44,147 nucleotides of DNA from Fimbriimonadales bacterium (GTDB taxonomy: Bacteria; Armatimonadota; Fimbriimonadia; Fimbriimonadales; GBS-DC). The DNA lies in assembly GCA_046294565.1 (NCBI GenBank), contig JBKBKS010000002.1, positions 1 to 44,147 of the forward strand, read 5' to 3'. This document shows, piece by piece, positions 19,060-27,952 of this stretch. A program made the position numbers and the translations under genes. A model generated the notes under the pieces. The model saw only the letters and a program-made list of their open reading frames with translations. It was not told the origin of the DNA and made no database searches. Every line of letters starts with the position of its first letter. Within the stretch, counting starts at the first letter, position 1.

Positions 19060-20102
19060 AGTTCTTTCACCCCCTCGGTGATGGCTTCTGCGATTTGGTG
19101 GAGCGGCGCGACGCGCTTGACGCAGCCGGTCTGGATTGCGGCGCGCGGCATGCCGAACACGACGCATGTGCTTTCATCTTCGGCGATGGTGTACGCGCCT
19201 TTGGCGTGCAGCGTGCGCAATCCCGCCGCGCCGTCGCTGCCCATGCCTGTCAGGATGGCGACCGCGATTGCGCCTTGATAGTTCTGGGCGAGCGAGAGCA
19301 GGGCGACATCGACCGCTGGGCGCACCCCATGCACAGGCGGGTCTTGGGTCAGCGTGAGCTTGCCGCCGCGCTCCACTTTGAGGTGTTTGCCGCCCTGCGC
19401 CAAGTAGGCGACGCCGGGTTGCAGCACTTCGCCGCCCTGCACCTCGCGCACCGTGAACGCGCTGCTGCGGTCTAACCGCTCCGCCAACGAGCGTGTGAAC
19501 CCCTCTGGCATGTGTTGGATGAGCAACACTTTCGCATGTAATCCGGGCGGTAGGTTGCTCATCACCACATTCAGGGCGCGCGGACCGCCTGTGGAGGAGC
19601 CGATGACGACCAGCGGCGCATCGTGGGAGGGTCGCCCCACGAGCGGGCTGGGCTTCAGCGGCGCAGACGCGGGGCTGACCGCCGCCGGCGTAGCCGAAAG
19701 ACGCGCCTTGGCGACCGCCTTCACCTTCTCGATAATCTGCGACGAGATTTTGTAGATGTCCAGCGAGATGGAGCCAGACGGCTTCGCCACGAAGTCCACC
19801 GCGCCCAAATCCAGACACTTCAGCGTGACCTCTGCGCCCTCCGTGGTGAGGCTGCTGAGCATCAGCACAGGCGTCGGCTGCTCCCGCATCAGCTGCTGAA
19901 GCATCGCAACGCCGTCCATCACAGGCATCTCCACATCGAGGGTAATCACATCGGGCTTGAGCTGACGCGCCATAGTGAGTCCCTCTTGCCCATTACGCGC
20001 TGCGCCCACCACTTCAATCGCGGCGTCTTGATTCAGCAGGTCGCTGATCATCCGCCGCATAAACATCGAGTCGTCCACCACCAACACTCGGATCTTACTC
20101 AT
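19035..20102 (-). CDS. cheB: Chemotaxis response regulator protein-glutamate methylesterase CheB
   Basis: 355 aa. REC domain ('IRVLVVDDSMFMRR', 'VITLDVEMPVMDG') plus an esterase domain ('VVIGSSTGGPRAL', 'LLIQHMPEGFT', 'ILTGMGSDGA'). Confidence 0.95.
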   Translation of the reverse strand: MSKIRVLVVDDSMFMRRMISDLLNQDAAIEVVGAARNGQEGLTMARQLKPDVITLDVEMPVMDGVAMLQQLMREQPTPVLMLSSLTTEGAEVTLKCLDLGAVDFVAKPSGSISLDIYKISSQIIEKVKAVAKARLSATPAAVSPASAPLKPSPLVGRPSHDAPLVVIGSSTGGPRALNVVMSNLPPGLHAKVLLIQHMPEGFTRSLAERLDRSSAFTVREVQGGEVLQPGVAYLAQGGKHLKVERGGKLTLTQDPPVHGVRPAVDVALLSLAQNYQGAIAVAILTGMGSDGAAGLRTLHAKGAYTIAEDESTCVVFGMPRAAIQTGCVKRVAPLHQIAEAITEGVKELCNKSQAA

Positions 20103-20115
20103 GGCGTTTCCTCCC

Positions 20116-20640
20116 TTAGGCGGCTCTGCGCAAGATGCCCAGCGCCGCCGCTAAATCGCGTTCAATCGCCGCTGCGCCAACCGCGCGCACTCGTATCCAG
20201 CCCGTGGCGACATCGAACTCAAACGAGCATCCTGTCGCGCCGCGCGTATGTTCGAACGCGATGCCGATATGTAGCTCGCGCAGCAGCCGATGGAGTGTTT
20301 CCACATTGCGTTCGCCGATTCGCAGGGCTTGGCTGCGATTCTGAAACAGTTCGCCGCCGCCGATAAGCACTGCGCGTAGGCGCGAGGCGTTGGCAGGCGA
20401 GGCGTCCAGCAAGCGCAGCAGCGTCGGCACCGCCGTGGTCGCGTACTTGCCAGGCAAGCGCATCGCGTCTTGCTCGTGCGCTTCAGGCAGCATCACATGG
20501 GCCAGCGCCGCCGCGTGCGTGCGCGGGTCAAATAGCAACGTGCCCACGCAGGAACCCAAGCCGATACAGCCAATCGTCCCTGCGCCGCGCGCCTGCACAA
20601 TCTCGCCCATGCCTGCTAACTGCAACTCCGCCCGCGTCAT
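20116..20640 (-). CDS. cheD: Chemoreceptor glutamine deamidase CheD
   Basis: 174 aa. 'IGCIGLGSCVGTLLFDPRTHAAALAHVMLP', 'PGKYATTAVPTLL', 'AVLIGGGELF..IGERN'. Confidence 0.9.
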   Translation of the reverse strand: MTRAELQLAGMGEIVQARGAGTIGCIGLGSCVGTLLFDPRTHAAALAHVMLPEAHEQDAMRLPGKYATTAVPTLLRLLDASPANASRLRAVLIGGGELFQNRSQALRIGERNVETLHRLLRELHIGIAFEHTRGATGCSFEFDVATGWIRVRAVGAAAIERDLAAALGILRRAA

Positions 20641-20651
20641 CCTCTGCTCCT

Positions 20652-21257
20652 TCAGATGCCCAACACGCTAAACAACTTCTCCAGATTGCCCGTCTCGGGC
20701 AGGTACAAAAAGTAGCCCTTGAACTGATGTTCAGGGGTCTTGAACGCCGTCTCGATGGCTAACAGTTCGCGATTCCCGTACATGGCTTCCACCATGATGG
20801 AGCTCAAGACGGCTTGCGCCATGTCGGCGGCGAAGGCGGGCGGCTCCATCTGTAGGGTGAAGCCCGTCATCTGGCTAATCGCCTGCAGATAGTTGCCCAG
20901 CATGATGTTGCTGACCTCGTTGATGACCGACCGATAGAGCTCGTTGAGTTCCGCCAGCTCGCTGGGCTGCATCTGGATGAGCATCTGCCACAGCACGCAC
21001 GCGCTCTCCCAAGGGAATAAGAACGCGCCTTCGCCGGGCCACTCGCCGTTCACGCGCGAGACTGTGCCCACCACCAACGATTCAGGCGTCTCGCAGAGTT
21101 CGGGCAAGGTCGCCGTGTCGGTGCGGTGGACTTGCGGCGCTTCCAAAGTGAACAACACGCCCGTCAGGTCGGAGAGCGCGGTCACCGCGCCGCCTAACCC
21201 GATGTTGCCTATCTCGCGCAGGGCGTCCGTGCGCAAATCGCTCAGTGAAGTCATCAT
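20652..21257 (-). CDS. cheC: CheC-family CheY-P phosphatase
   Basis: The start was moved from track 21461 to the ATG at 21257 (AGGTGG 5 nt upstream). 'LSDLRTDALREIGNIGLGGAVTALSDL' plus the second half-repeat 'LYRSVINEVSNIMLGNYLQAISQMTG' matches the duplicated CheC motif (E-x2-N). Confidence 0.8.
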   Translation of the reverse strand: MMTSLSDLRTDALREIGNIGLGGAVTALSDLTGVLFTLEAPQVHRTDTATLPELCETPESLVVGTVSRVNGEWPGEGAFLFPWESACVLWQMLIQMQPSELAELNELYRSVINEVSNIMLGNYLQAISQMTGFTLQMEPPAFAADMAQAVLSSIMVEAMYGNRELLAIETAFKTPEHQFKGYFLYLPETGNLEKLFSVLGI

Positions 21258-21514
21258 CGTAGCCACCTGCCTACCTATTCTTGCCATATTTAGCCCCACG
21301 AGGTTATTGTAAGGATACGAGGTTTTACACCGAACGCCCCATAAGCGGCTCCATGGAAACTTCGATACGCCTGTGCGGGGTCTCTCTAAGCGGAGCAGCC
21401 AGGTATCGAGCGTCGCGAGGTACACTTTATCGGGGCGTTCAGCGATGTTTTCCTGTCGCAAGCCCCCACAAAGAGAGCAAAACTCTCACGCGCGGTTCCT
21501 TCGAGGCTTAGGCG

Positions 21515-22462
21515 ATGCAGACGCTTTTTGCTGCTACTTGGTGGTTCGGACGGATAGGCGTCGAGTCGGCGTATCGGCGTTGGCAGGAGTCGCGTTTGGA
21601 CGATTCGGCGGCGCGTTTGCTGGATGCGGTGGTAGAAGGCGCGGCGGCGGTGGAGCGCGACCCGGCGGTGTTATCGGTGGGCTACGGCGGCTTGCCGAAC
21701 CGCGACGGCGAGGTGGAGCTTGACGCCGCGGTGATGGAGGGGGCGCGGCTCCGCGCGGGGGCTGTCGCGGGCGTGCGCGGCATTGTGCCCGTCGTCTCCT
21801 TAGCGCGCACAGTGATGGAGCGCACCCCTCACCTGATGCTGGTGGGCGAGGGGGCGGTGCGGTTCGCGCTGCAGCACGGCTACGAGACGCAACAGCTGCT
21901 GAGCGCCGAGTCGCTGCGCCGTTGGCAGCAGTGGCGCACGCAGCCAGCCGCGCCGACGGAAGTCTCCGCAGCACGCAGCGACGACCCCGACGATGTGCGC
22001 GTCAGCCAGCAGTGGCACGCACAGCAGCTTAGCGAATCGCACGACACGGTGGGCGTACTGGGCTGGCACGCAGGGCACTTAGTCGTCGCTTGCACCACCA
22101 GCGGACTGGCGTGGAAGCTGCCTGGCAGAGTGGGCGATTCGCCAATCGTGGGCGCAGGGCTGTACGCCGACAACGAGGCGGGCGCGGCGGTCTGCACAGG
22201 CGTCGGCGAGGAGATTTGGCGGTTCGCCTTAGCCAGTCGCGTGGTGGAGGCGATGCGGGCAGGCGACACGGCGCAGCAGGCTTGCCAGCGCAGTATCGAG
22301 TTTATGCGACGCCGCCTGCCCGATGTGGTCGCTCATCAGTGCGCTGTGATAGCCATCCGCGCCGACGGCGACTTCGGCTTAGCCGCCACCCAGCCCGATA
22401 AGTTCGAGGCGTTTATCTGTCGCGACGGCGAGGTGCTGCGTCTCGCGCCGCCCGACGCCTAA
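21515..22462 (+). CDS. Ntn-hydrolase of the asparaginase_2 family (glycosylasparaginase / isoaspartyl peptidase)
   Basis: 315 aa. 'SVGYGGLPNRDGEVELDAAVMEG', autocleavage site 'HDTVGVL', 'GRVGDSPIVGAGLYADNEAGAAVCTGVGEEI'. Confidence 0.85.
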   Translation: MQTLFAATWWFGRIGVESAYRRWQESRLDDSAARLLDAVVEGAAAVERDPAVLSVGYGGLPNRDGEVELDAAVMEGARLRAGAVAGVRGIVPVVSLARTVMERTPHLMLVGEGAVRFALQHGYETQQLLSAESLRRWQQWRTQPAAPTEVSAARSDDPDDVRVSQQWHAQQLSESHDTVGVLGWHAGHLVVACTTSGLAWKLPGRVGDSPIVGAGLYADNEAGAAVCTGVGEEIWRFALASRVVEAMRAGDTAQQACQRSIEFMRRRLPDVVAHQCAVIAIRADGDFGLAATQPDKFEAFICRDGEVLRLAPPDA

Positions 22463-22468
22463 CGCCCT

Positions 22469-24280
22469 TCACACGCCGACCGCCTCGCGCGCTGCGCCCG
22501 TCGCCGTCCACACGCGCTCGTGCTGCAACACATACGCGGCGACCTGACGGCGCAACGCCATCGTGTTCGGCTCCGCCGTGCGCCGCATGAAGCGTTTGAG
22601 CGCGGTCAGCAGGATTTGCGCCATATCGCCCTCGGCGAAGCTGTGGATGGCGCGTCGGGCGTGCGCCTCGATGGCGTCCATCGCGTCGTAGGCGAACACG
22701 CGCGTCATCGCCAGTGGCAGCGTGATGTCGTAGCCCTTCTGCTGCAGCTTGCGCGTGCGCAGGTACGCGCTCTCCATCGCGTAGAGCTGTATCAAGCAGT
22801 CCGCCAAGTGCCCCACAATCTCCTGCTTCTCTTCCAGTTCCGTGCCGACCTGCTCGGCTGCCATGCCTGCGACGGCGAGCACCGCCTTCTTCGCGTTGGC
22901 GATGTAGCGTTCGATAGCCTCCAGCGGGTCTACAGGGTCGGGCGTGGGCATCTGCGGGGTGTTGAGCTCGCTGCGAATCGCGCCCATCGCCTCCATTAGC
23001 CCTGGCAGCTTGCCCTTGAGCGCACGGCGCATCAGCTGATCCAGCATCAGCAGGCGGTTGATTTCGTTCGTGCCCTCGAAGATGCGGTTGATACGGCTGT
23101 CGCGGTAGATTTGCGCGGCGGGGAACTCCTCGGTATAGCCGAAGCCGCCGTGGATCTGCATCGTCTCGTCGGCGACATAGTCCAGCACTTCCGAGCCGAA
23201 CACCTTGAGGATGGCGCACTCGACGGGGTACTCCTCGTCTGCCTCGCGGTACTGGGCGTTGGCGTCGGGCGCGAGTGGATCGACGCCGTGCGTGACCTCT
23301 TCCAACATCCCCGCCGTGCGATAGACCGCGCTTTCCAGCGCGTAGAGCTGGATTGCCATCTCCGCGAGTTTGTGCTTGATCATGCCGAAGTTGGCGATGG
23401 GCTGTCCGAACTGCTGGCGGTCTTTGGCGTAGCGTGTGGCGATGGTGAGGGCTTCTTTCGCGCCGCCCAGCGCCGCCGCCGCGAGCTTGAACCGCCCGAT
23501 GTTCAGCACGCCAAACGCCACATGATGCCCCTTGCCAATCTCGTGCAGCACATTCTCGACGGGCACTTGGGCGTTGTCTAAGAGGACGCGGCGCGTGCTG
23601 GAGCCTTTGATGCCGAGCTTATGTTCCTCGCGTCCCACCGACACGCCGGGGAAGTTGCGCTCCACGATGAACGCGGTGAACTTGTCGCCGTCGATTTTGG
23701 CGAACACGATAAAGAGGTCCGCCCAGCCGGCGTTGGTGGTCCACATCTTCTCGCCGTTGAGCAGGTAATGCTTGCCGTCGGGCGCGAGGACGGCTTTGGT
23801 GCGGGCGGAGAGCGGGTCGGAGCCGCAGTTCGCCTCGCTGAGCGAGAAGGCGGCAATCATCTCGCCTGTGGCGAGTTTGGGCAGGTACTTTTGCTTCTGT
23901 TCGGGCGCGCCGAAGAAGAGGATGGGCAGCGTGCCGATGCCCACATGCGCGCCCCACGAGACGGCGAACGACGCCTGCAGGCTCATCTTCTCGGCGATGA
24001 GCGTGCTGGTGGTCTTGGGCAGGTTCAGCCCGCCGAACGCTTCGGGCAGGTCCGCGCCGAGCAGTCCGAGCTGCCCTGCTTTCTTGAGCAGGCTTACGGT
24101 CAGACCCTCTTCTTGATGCTCAATCGCGTCGTTGCGCGGTTGCACCTCGCCGCGCACAAACTCTTCCGCCGCTTGCGCTAATGCAAGGTCTTCAGAAGTG
24201 AAATCTTCAGGGGTGAACACCTGCGACGGCGCCACCGCTTTCAGCAAAAACTCGCCTCCACGCAGAGTTATCTCTCGCAT
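22469..24280 (-). CDS. Acyl-CoA dehydrogenase, long form (paralogue of 13567..15171)
   Basis: The start was moved to the ATG at 24280 (GGAGG upstream), because the track's 5' extension is encoded by a family-1 repeat. 'AAFSLSEANCGSDP', 'KMWTTNAGWAD', 'GIKGSSTRRV', 'QIHGGFGYTEEFPAAQIYRDSRINRIFEGTNEINR'. Confidence 0.9.
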   Translation of the reverse strand: MREITLRGGEFLLKAVAPSQVFTPEDFTSEDLALAQAAEEFVRGEVQPRNDAIEHQEEGLTVSLLKKAGQLGLLGADLPEAFGGLNLPKTTSTLIAEKMSLQASFAVSWGAHVGIGTLPILFFGAPEQKQKYLPKLATGEMIAAFSLSEANCGSDPLSARTKAVLAPDGKHYLLNGEKMWTTNAGWADLFIVFAKIDGDKFTAFIVERNFPGVSVGREEHKLGIKGSSTRRVLLDNAQVPVENVLHEIGKGHHVAFGVLNIGRFKLAAAALGGAKEALTIATRYAKDRQQFGQPIANFGMIKHKLAEMAIQLYALESAVYRTAGMLEEVTHGVDPLAPDANAQYREADEEYPVECAILKVFGSEVLDYVADETMQIHGGFGYTEEFPAAQIYRDSRINRIFEGTNEINRLLMLDQLMRRALKGKLPGLMEAMGAIRSELNTPQMPTPDPVDPLEAIERYIANAKKAVLAVAGMAAEQVGTELEEKQEIVGHLADCLIQLYAMESAYLRTRKLQQKGYDITLPLAMTRVFAYDAMDAIEAHARRAIHSFAEGDMAQILLTALKRFMRRTAEPNTMALRRQVAAYVLQHERVWTATGAAREAVGV

Positions 24281-24313
24281 GCTTGCCTCCTGTGTTCGTG
24301 CGTTCGCTGGCGC

Positions 24314-24381
24314 GAAGACGCCTCGCCTGCAGCTCGGGATGACAGCGTGTTTTTGCCATGCCGAGCGGCGCAAGGCGTCTC
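24314..24381. repeat. Inverted pair of family-1 repeat units
   Basis: 'gaagacgcctcgcctgcagctcgggatgaca' (24314..24344) and 'tgccatgccgagcggcgcaaggcgtctc' (24354..24381), flanking 'gcgtgtttt'. Confidence 0.7.
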
Positions 24382-24485
24382 CGCGCGCCTGCGACGCCCT
24401 TATTATACCTTGAATTTTGACTCGCTGTTCGAAAACCTATGTGGAGAGAGCCGCTGCGCTCCCTGAATACGCAAGGTTTCACCCG

Positions 24486-26156
24486 TCAACTGTACGGTGT
24501 TTCGTCGGCGGTTCCTGCTTGAGGCAGGAAGTGTTCCATCCGTTCGCGTCGCGCTTTGTGCTGCTGGTAGAGTTCGCGGAACAGTTCGAACTTGAGGGCG
24601 TGGTAGTCGGCGGTAGCGGGGTTGGGTTCCACGACGAGTTCGGGTGCGGTCATGGCGTGCATGGCGCGTGGGATGTCGGGGTACGCGCCCGCCGCGACGG
24701 CGCCCAGGATCGCGCTGCCCAGCAGCACGGCTTCAGGTTCGCGGTTCACAATCACGCGGCAACCTGTGATGTCGGCGGTCTCGCGTAGCCAGTAGCGGTT
24801 CTTCGCGCTGCCGCCCGTAACATAGATGGCGTCGGTGTGATACCCCGCCTCGCGCATGGCGCGCAGCACATCACGGAGGTTGTAGGCGAGCGCTTGCAGT
24901 GTCGCGTAGTAGAGCCGCGCGAGCGCGTGCAGGCTGGCGTCGAGCGTAAGTCCGTCCACGACGCCGCGCGCGTGGGGGTCGGCATAGGGCGCGCGGTTGC
25001 CGTAATGGTCGGGCAACACATGTAGGCGGCGCGTGAGCAGCGCAGGATAGGGCAACCCCTGCGCCAGCTCGTCCACGATTCGGTTCGCCGCCTCGTAGAT
25101 TGAGACGCCTTCGCGCTCGGCTTTCATCTCCAGCGCGGGGTACTGACGATGATGTTCCAGCGTGTAGTCGATAAGCGCGCCTGCTGCGGACTGACCGCCC
25201 TCGTTCATCCACAGCGTGGGCAGCACCGCGCCGTAGTAGGGACCCCACACGCCCTGCACGAAGCGAGGCTGCTGCGAGAGCGCCATCAGGCACGAGGAAG
25301 TGCCTGCAATCAGCGCGACGGCGCGTTCCAGCGCGTCGAGGCGCGGCTTGCTCTGACCCGCCCACGCAGCGCCCAGCAGCCCAATCGCGCCAGCGTGCGC
25401 GTCCACGATGCCGATAGCGACCTTCGTTTGGGGGGTTAGCCCCAGCTCGCTTGCGGCTTGGGGCGTGAGGTTGCCCGCCGCACTGCCCAACGGCAGTATC
25501 GCCTCGCCGGCGCGCCCACGCTCCAGAATCGACTCGATGCCCAAATCGTGCAGCAGGCGCATATCCCAGCGACGCTCGGCAGGCAGGTAGGTCCACTTAC
25601 AGCCCATCGTGCATTCGCTGCGCAAGTTGTTGCCCGTGCTGCGATAGACCAGGAAATCGGCGAGGTCGAGGAACTTGCTGGCGTTGGTGAAGGTATCGGG
25701 CAGATGGGTACGCAGCCATGCGAGTTTGGGCGGCTCCATTTCCGGCGAGAGCGCGCCGCCCGAATAGCGCAGGGCTTCGTAGCCCCCTGCGTTCGCGCGC
25801 TCCGTCTCGGCAATCGCGCGATGATCCATCCACATAATGATGTTCCACTGGGGGTCGCCTGTGGGGGAGACGGTGATGGGCTGGTCGTTCGCGCCCAACG
25901 CGACCAGCGAGCAGGTGGCGTCGTAGCCGATTCCAATCACAGTTTCGGGAGACACACGCGCCTCGCGCACCACTTGGCGCACTACCTGACACACCGCGCG
26001 CCAGATATCCTCGGACGACTGCTCGGCATATTCGGGCTGCGGACGGTGGATCTGGATGGGTTCCGAAGCCATCGCATGACGCACACCCTGCAGGTCGAAC
26101 AGACCTGCCCGCGCACTGCCTGTGCCGACATCCACGCCGATTACATATCCGTGCAT
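24486..26156 (-). CDS. FGGY-family carbohydrate kinase (pentulose/ribulokinase-like)
   Basis: The start was moved to the ATG at 26156 (GGAGG upstream). 'YVIGVDVGTGSARAGLFD', 'IGYDATCSLV', 'GIVDAHAG', 'IYVTGGSAKNRYWLRETADITG'. The 5' part of the track ORF (to 26699) is antisense to the antiporter gene. Confidence 0.9.
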   Translation of the reverse strand: MHGYVIGVDVGTGSARAGLFDLQGVRHAMASEPIQIHRPQPEYAEQSSEDIWRAVCQVVRQVVREARVSPETVIGIGYDATCSLVALGANDQPITVSPTGDPQWNIIMWMDHRAIAETERANAGGYEALRYSGGALSPEMEPPKLAWLRTHLPDTFTNASKFLDLADFLVYRSTGNNLRSECTMGCKWTYLPAERRWDMRLLHDLGIESILERGRAGEAILPLGSAAGNLTPQAASELGLTPQTKVAIGIVDAHAGAIGLLGAAWAGQSKPRLDALERAVALIAGTSSCLMALSQQPRFVQGVWGPYYGAVLPTLWMNEGGQSAAGALIDYTLEHHRQYPALEMKAEREGVSIYEAANRIVDELAQGLPYPALLTRRLHVLPDHYGNRAPYADPHARGVVDGLTLDASLHALARLYYATLQALAYNLRDVLRAMREAGYHTDAIYVTGGSAKNRYWLRETADITGCRVIVNREPEAVLLGSAILGAVAAGAYPDIPRAMHAMTAPELVVEPNPATADYHALKFELFRELYQQHKARRERMEHFLPQAGTADETPYS

Positions 26157-26222
26157 CGTCGCCTCCGTATCGCCAGCGATTGTACCTCGATTGGCGATAT
26201 TCAGGTACAATTTTGCGCTCTT

Positions 26223-27950
26223 ATGACGCAAACTCATGTTTCCCACTTGGCGGAGAGTATCCTGCTGGTGATTGGCGTCAGCATCGTGATTGTGGCGCTG
26301 TTTGCGCGGTTGCGTCTGCCGTCGATAGTGGGGTTCATTCTCACGGGCGCGGTGATTGGTCCCTATGGGCTGGGCTTGGCGGGCGAGGCGGAGGCGATAA
26401 AGCTGCTGGCGGAGTTGGGCGTCGCGCTGCTGCTGTTCTCGTTGGGGGTGGAGTTCTCTATAGACAAGTTGATTCAGTTGCGCACCTATGTGTTGCGTGC
26501 GGGGGCGGCGCAGGTGGGGTTGACGGCAGTGTTCAGTGCGCTCGGCGCGGGGTTGCTCGGCTTCCGCTTGGAACAGGCGATAGCGCTGGGGATGATTATC
26601 AGCCTCAGCAGCACCGCCGTCGGGGTGAAGTTGCTCAAGCAGCGCAACGCGTTGGACAGCACGCACGGGCGGTTCGCGGTGGGGGTGCTGCTGTTCCAAG
26701 ACATTATGGCGCCGATTTTCATGGCGGTTCTGCCGTTTTTGACGCAGTTGCAGGGGCGCGGGGCGTCACTGGTGGGCGTCAAGCTGCTGATTACGGTTGT
26801 GGGCGTGGCGAGCGTTTACGGCTTGGCGCGGCTGATTGTGCCCACGCTGCTGCGCTGGATGACGGCTTCCGACTCGCGCGAGATCCCCGTGTTAGGCTCC
26901 ATCTTTATCGCGTTGCTGATGAGCTACATCACGCAGTCGCTGGGGCTGTCGCCTGCGTTGGGGGCGTTCGTGGCGGGCGTGATTATCTCCGAGACGCCCT
27001 ACAGCCATCAGATTACCGCTAACATCACTCCTTTCCGCGACAGTTTCCTCGCGCTGTTTTTCATTTCCGTGGGGATGCTGGTGGACTTTCAGGCGTTGCA
27101 GACGGCTTGGTTGTCGACGCTGTTGTGGACGGTCGGGCTGATGGCGTTCAAGTGCGCGTTGGTGCTGGGGGTAGCGTTGGCGATACGGCGTCCGCTGCGG
27201 GTGGGCTTGCTCGCGGGGATGACGCTGGCGAACATCGGCGAGTTCTCGTTCGTGCTGATGGAGCAGGCGCGTGGGACGAACCTGCTGCCGAACGACTTAG
27301 TCAACGGCATCGTGGCGGGCACTTCGCTCAGCATCCTGCTCACGCCGATACTGCTGGCGGGAACCTACCAACTGCTGGCGCGGGCGACCCGACGCGCCCA
27401 CTGGCTCGCCCACACACGCGCGAAACACGAGAGCCATCCCGAGCTGAGCGACCATATCATCATCGTGGGGTTCGGGTTGAACGGGCGCAACTTGGCGAGC
27501 CTGCTGCGCGAATTGAACGAGCCGTTCGTGGTGGTGGAGATGAACGGCGCGCTGGTGCGTGAGGCGCAGAAGCAGGGCATCCCCGTGGTGTACGGCGACG
27601 CGGCGTACCCCGAAATTATGCATGCCGCGGGCATCGAGCGCGCCCGCGCCGTCGTGATTGCTATCTCCGACCCCATCAGCGCACGCTACACGATGCACAC
27701 CATTCGCGCGATAAACCCCGAAGTGTATGTCATCGTGCGCACGCGCTACATGGCGGAGATCGAGCCGCTCTACGCCACCGGCGCCACCGATGTCGTGCCC
27801 GAAGAGTTCGAGACCTTCATCGAAATCGCAGGCAGGATTATGCGCTTGCTCGGCGTGGAGAACGAGCGACGCCTGCACCTCATGAACCAGTGCCGCGCTC
27901 GACACTATCAGGCGTTGCAGGACACCAAAGAGGGCGTGTTCGCCAACTGA
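26223..27950 (+). CDS. CPA2-family cation:proton antiporter with a C-terminal RCK/TrkA-N domain (Kef/YbaL-like)
   Basis: The start was moved to the ATG at 26223. About 12 hydrophobic helices ('PSIVGFILTGAVIGPYGLG', 'LGVALLLFSLGVEFS'), then a Rossmann motif 'HIIIVGFGLNGRNLA' and 'VVYGDAAYPEIM'. Confidence 0.9.
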   Translation: MTQTHVSHLAESILLVIGVSIVIVALFARLRLPSIVGFILTGAVIGPYGLGLAGEAEAIKLLAELGVALLLFSLGVEFSIDKLIQLRTYVLRAGAAQVGLTAVFSALGAGLLGFRLEQAIALGMIISLSSTAVGVKLLKQRNALDSTHGRFAVGVLLFQDIMAPIFMAVLPFLTQLQGRGASLVGVKLLITVVGVASVYGLARLIVPTLLRWMTASDSREIPVLGSIFIALLMSYITQSLGLSPALGAFVAGVIISETPYSHQITANITPFRDSFLALFFISVGMLVDFQALQTAWLSTLLWTVGLMAFKCALVLGVALAIRRPLRVGLLAGMTLANIGEFSFVLMEQARGTNLLPNDLVNGIVAGTSLSILLTPILLAGTYQLLARATRRAHWLAHTRAKHESHPELSDHIIIVGFGLNGRNLASLLRELNEPFVVVEMNGALVREAQKQGIPVVYGDAAYPEIMHAAGIERARAVVIAISDPISARYTMHTIRAINPEVYVIVRTRYMAEIEPLYATGATDVVPEEFETFIEIAGRIMRLLGVENERRLHLMNQCRARHYQALQDTKEGVFAN

Positions 27951-27952
27951 GC

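Noticed and set aside
24486-27950. Track ORFs 24486..26699 (737 aa) and 25458..27950 (830 aa), which appear to overlap each other by 1.2 kb on opposite strands.
   Set aside because: In each, only the part beyond an internal SD-preceded ATG (26156 and 26223) shows family motifs. The 5' extensions are antisense readthrough of the neighbouring gene. The same logic was applied to 10974..13193, 17373..18458, 18196..19167, 20652..21461, 22469..24373, 36831..37727, 37724..38755 and 39352..40305.
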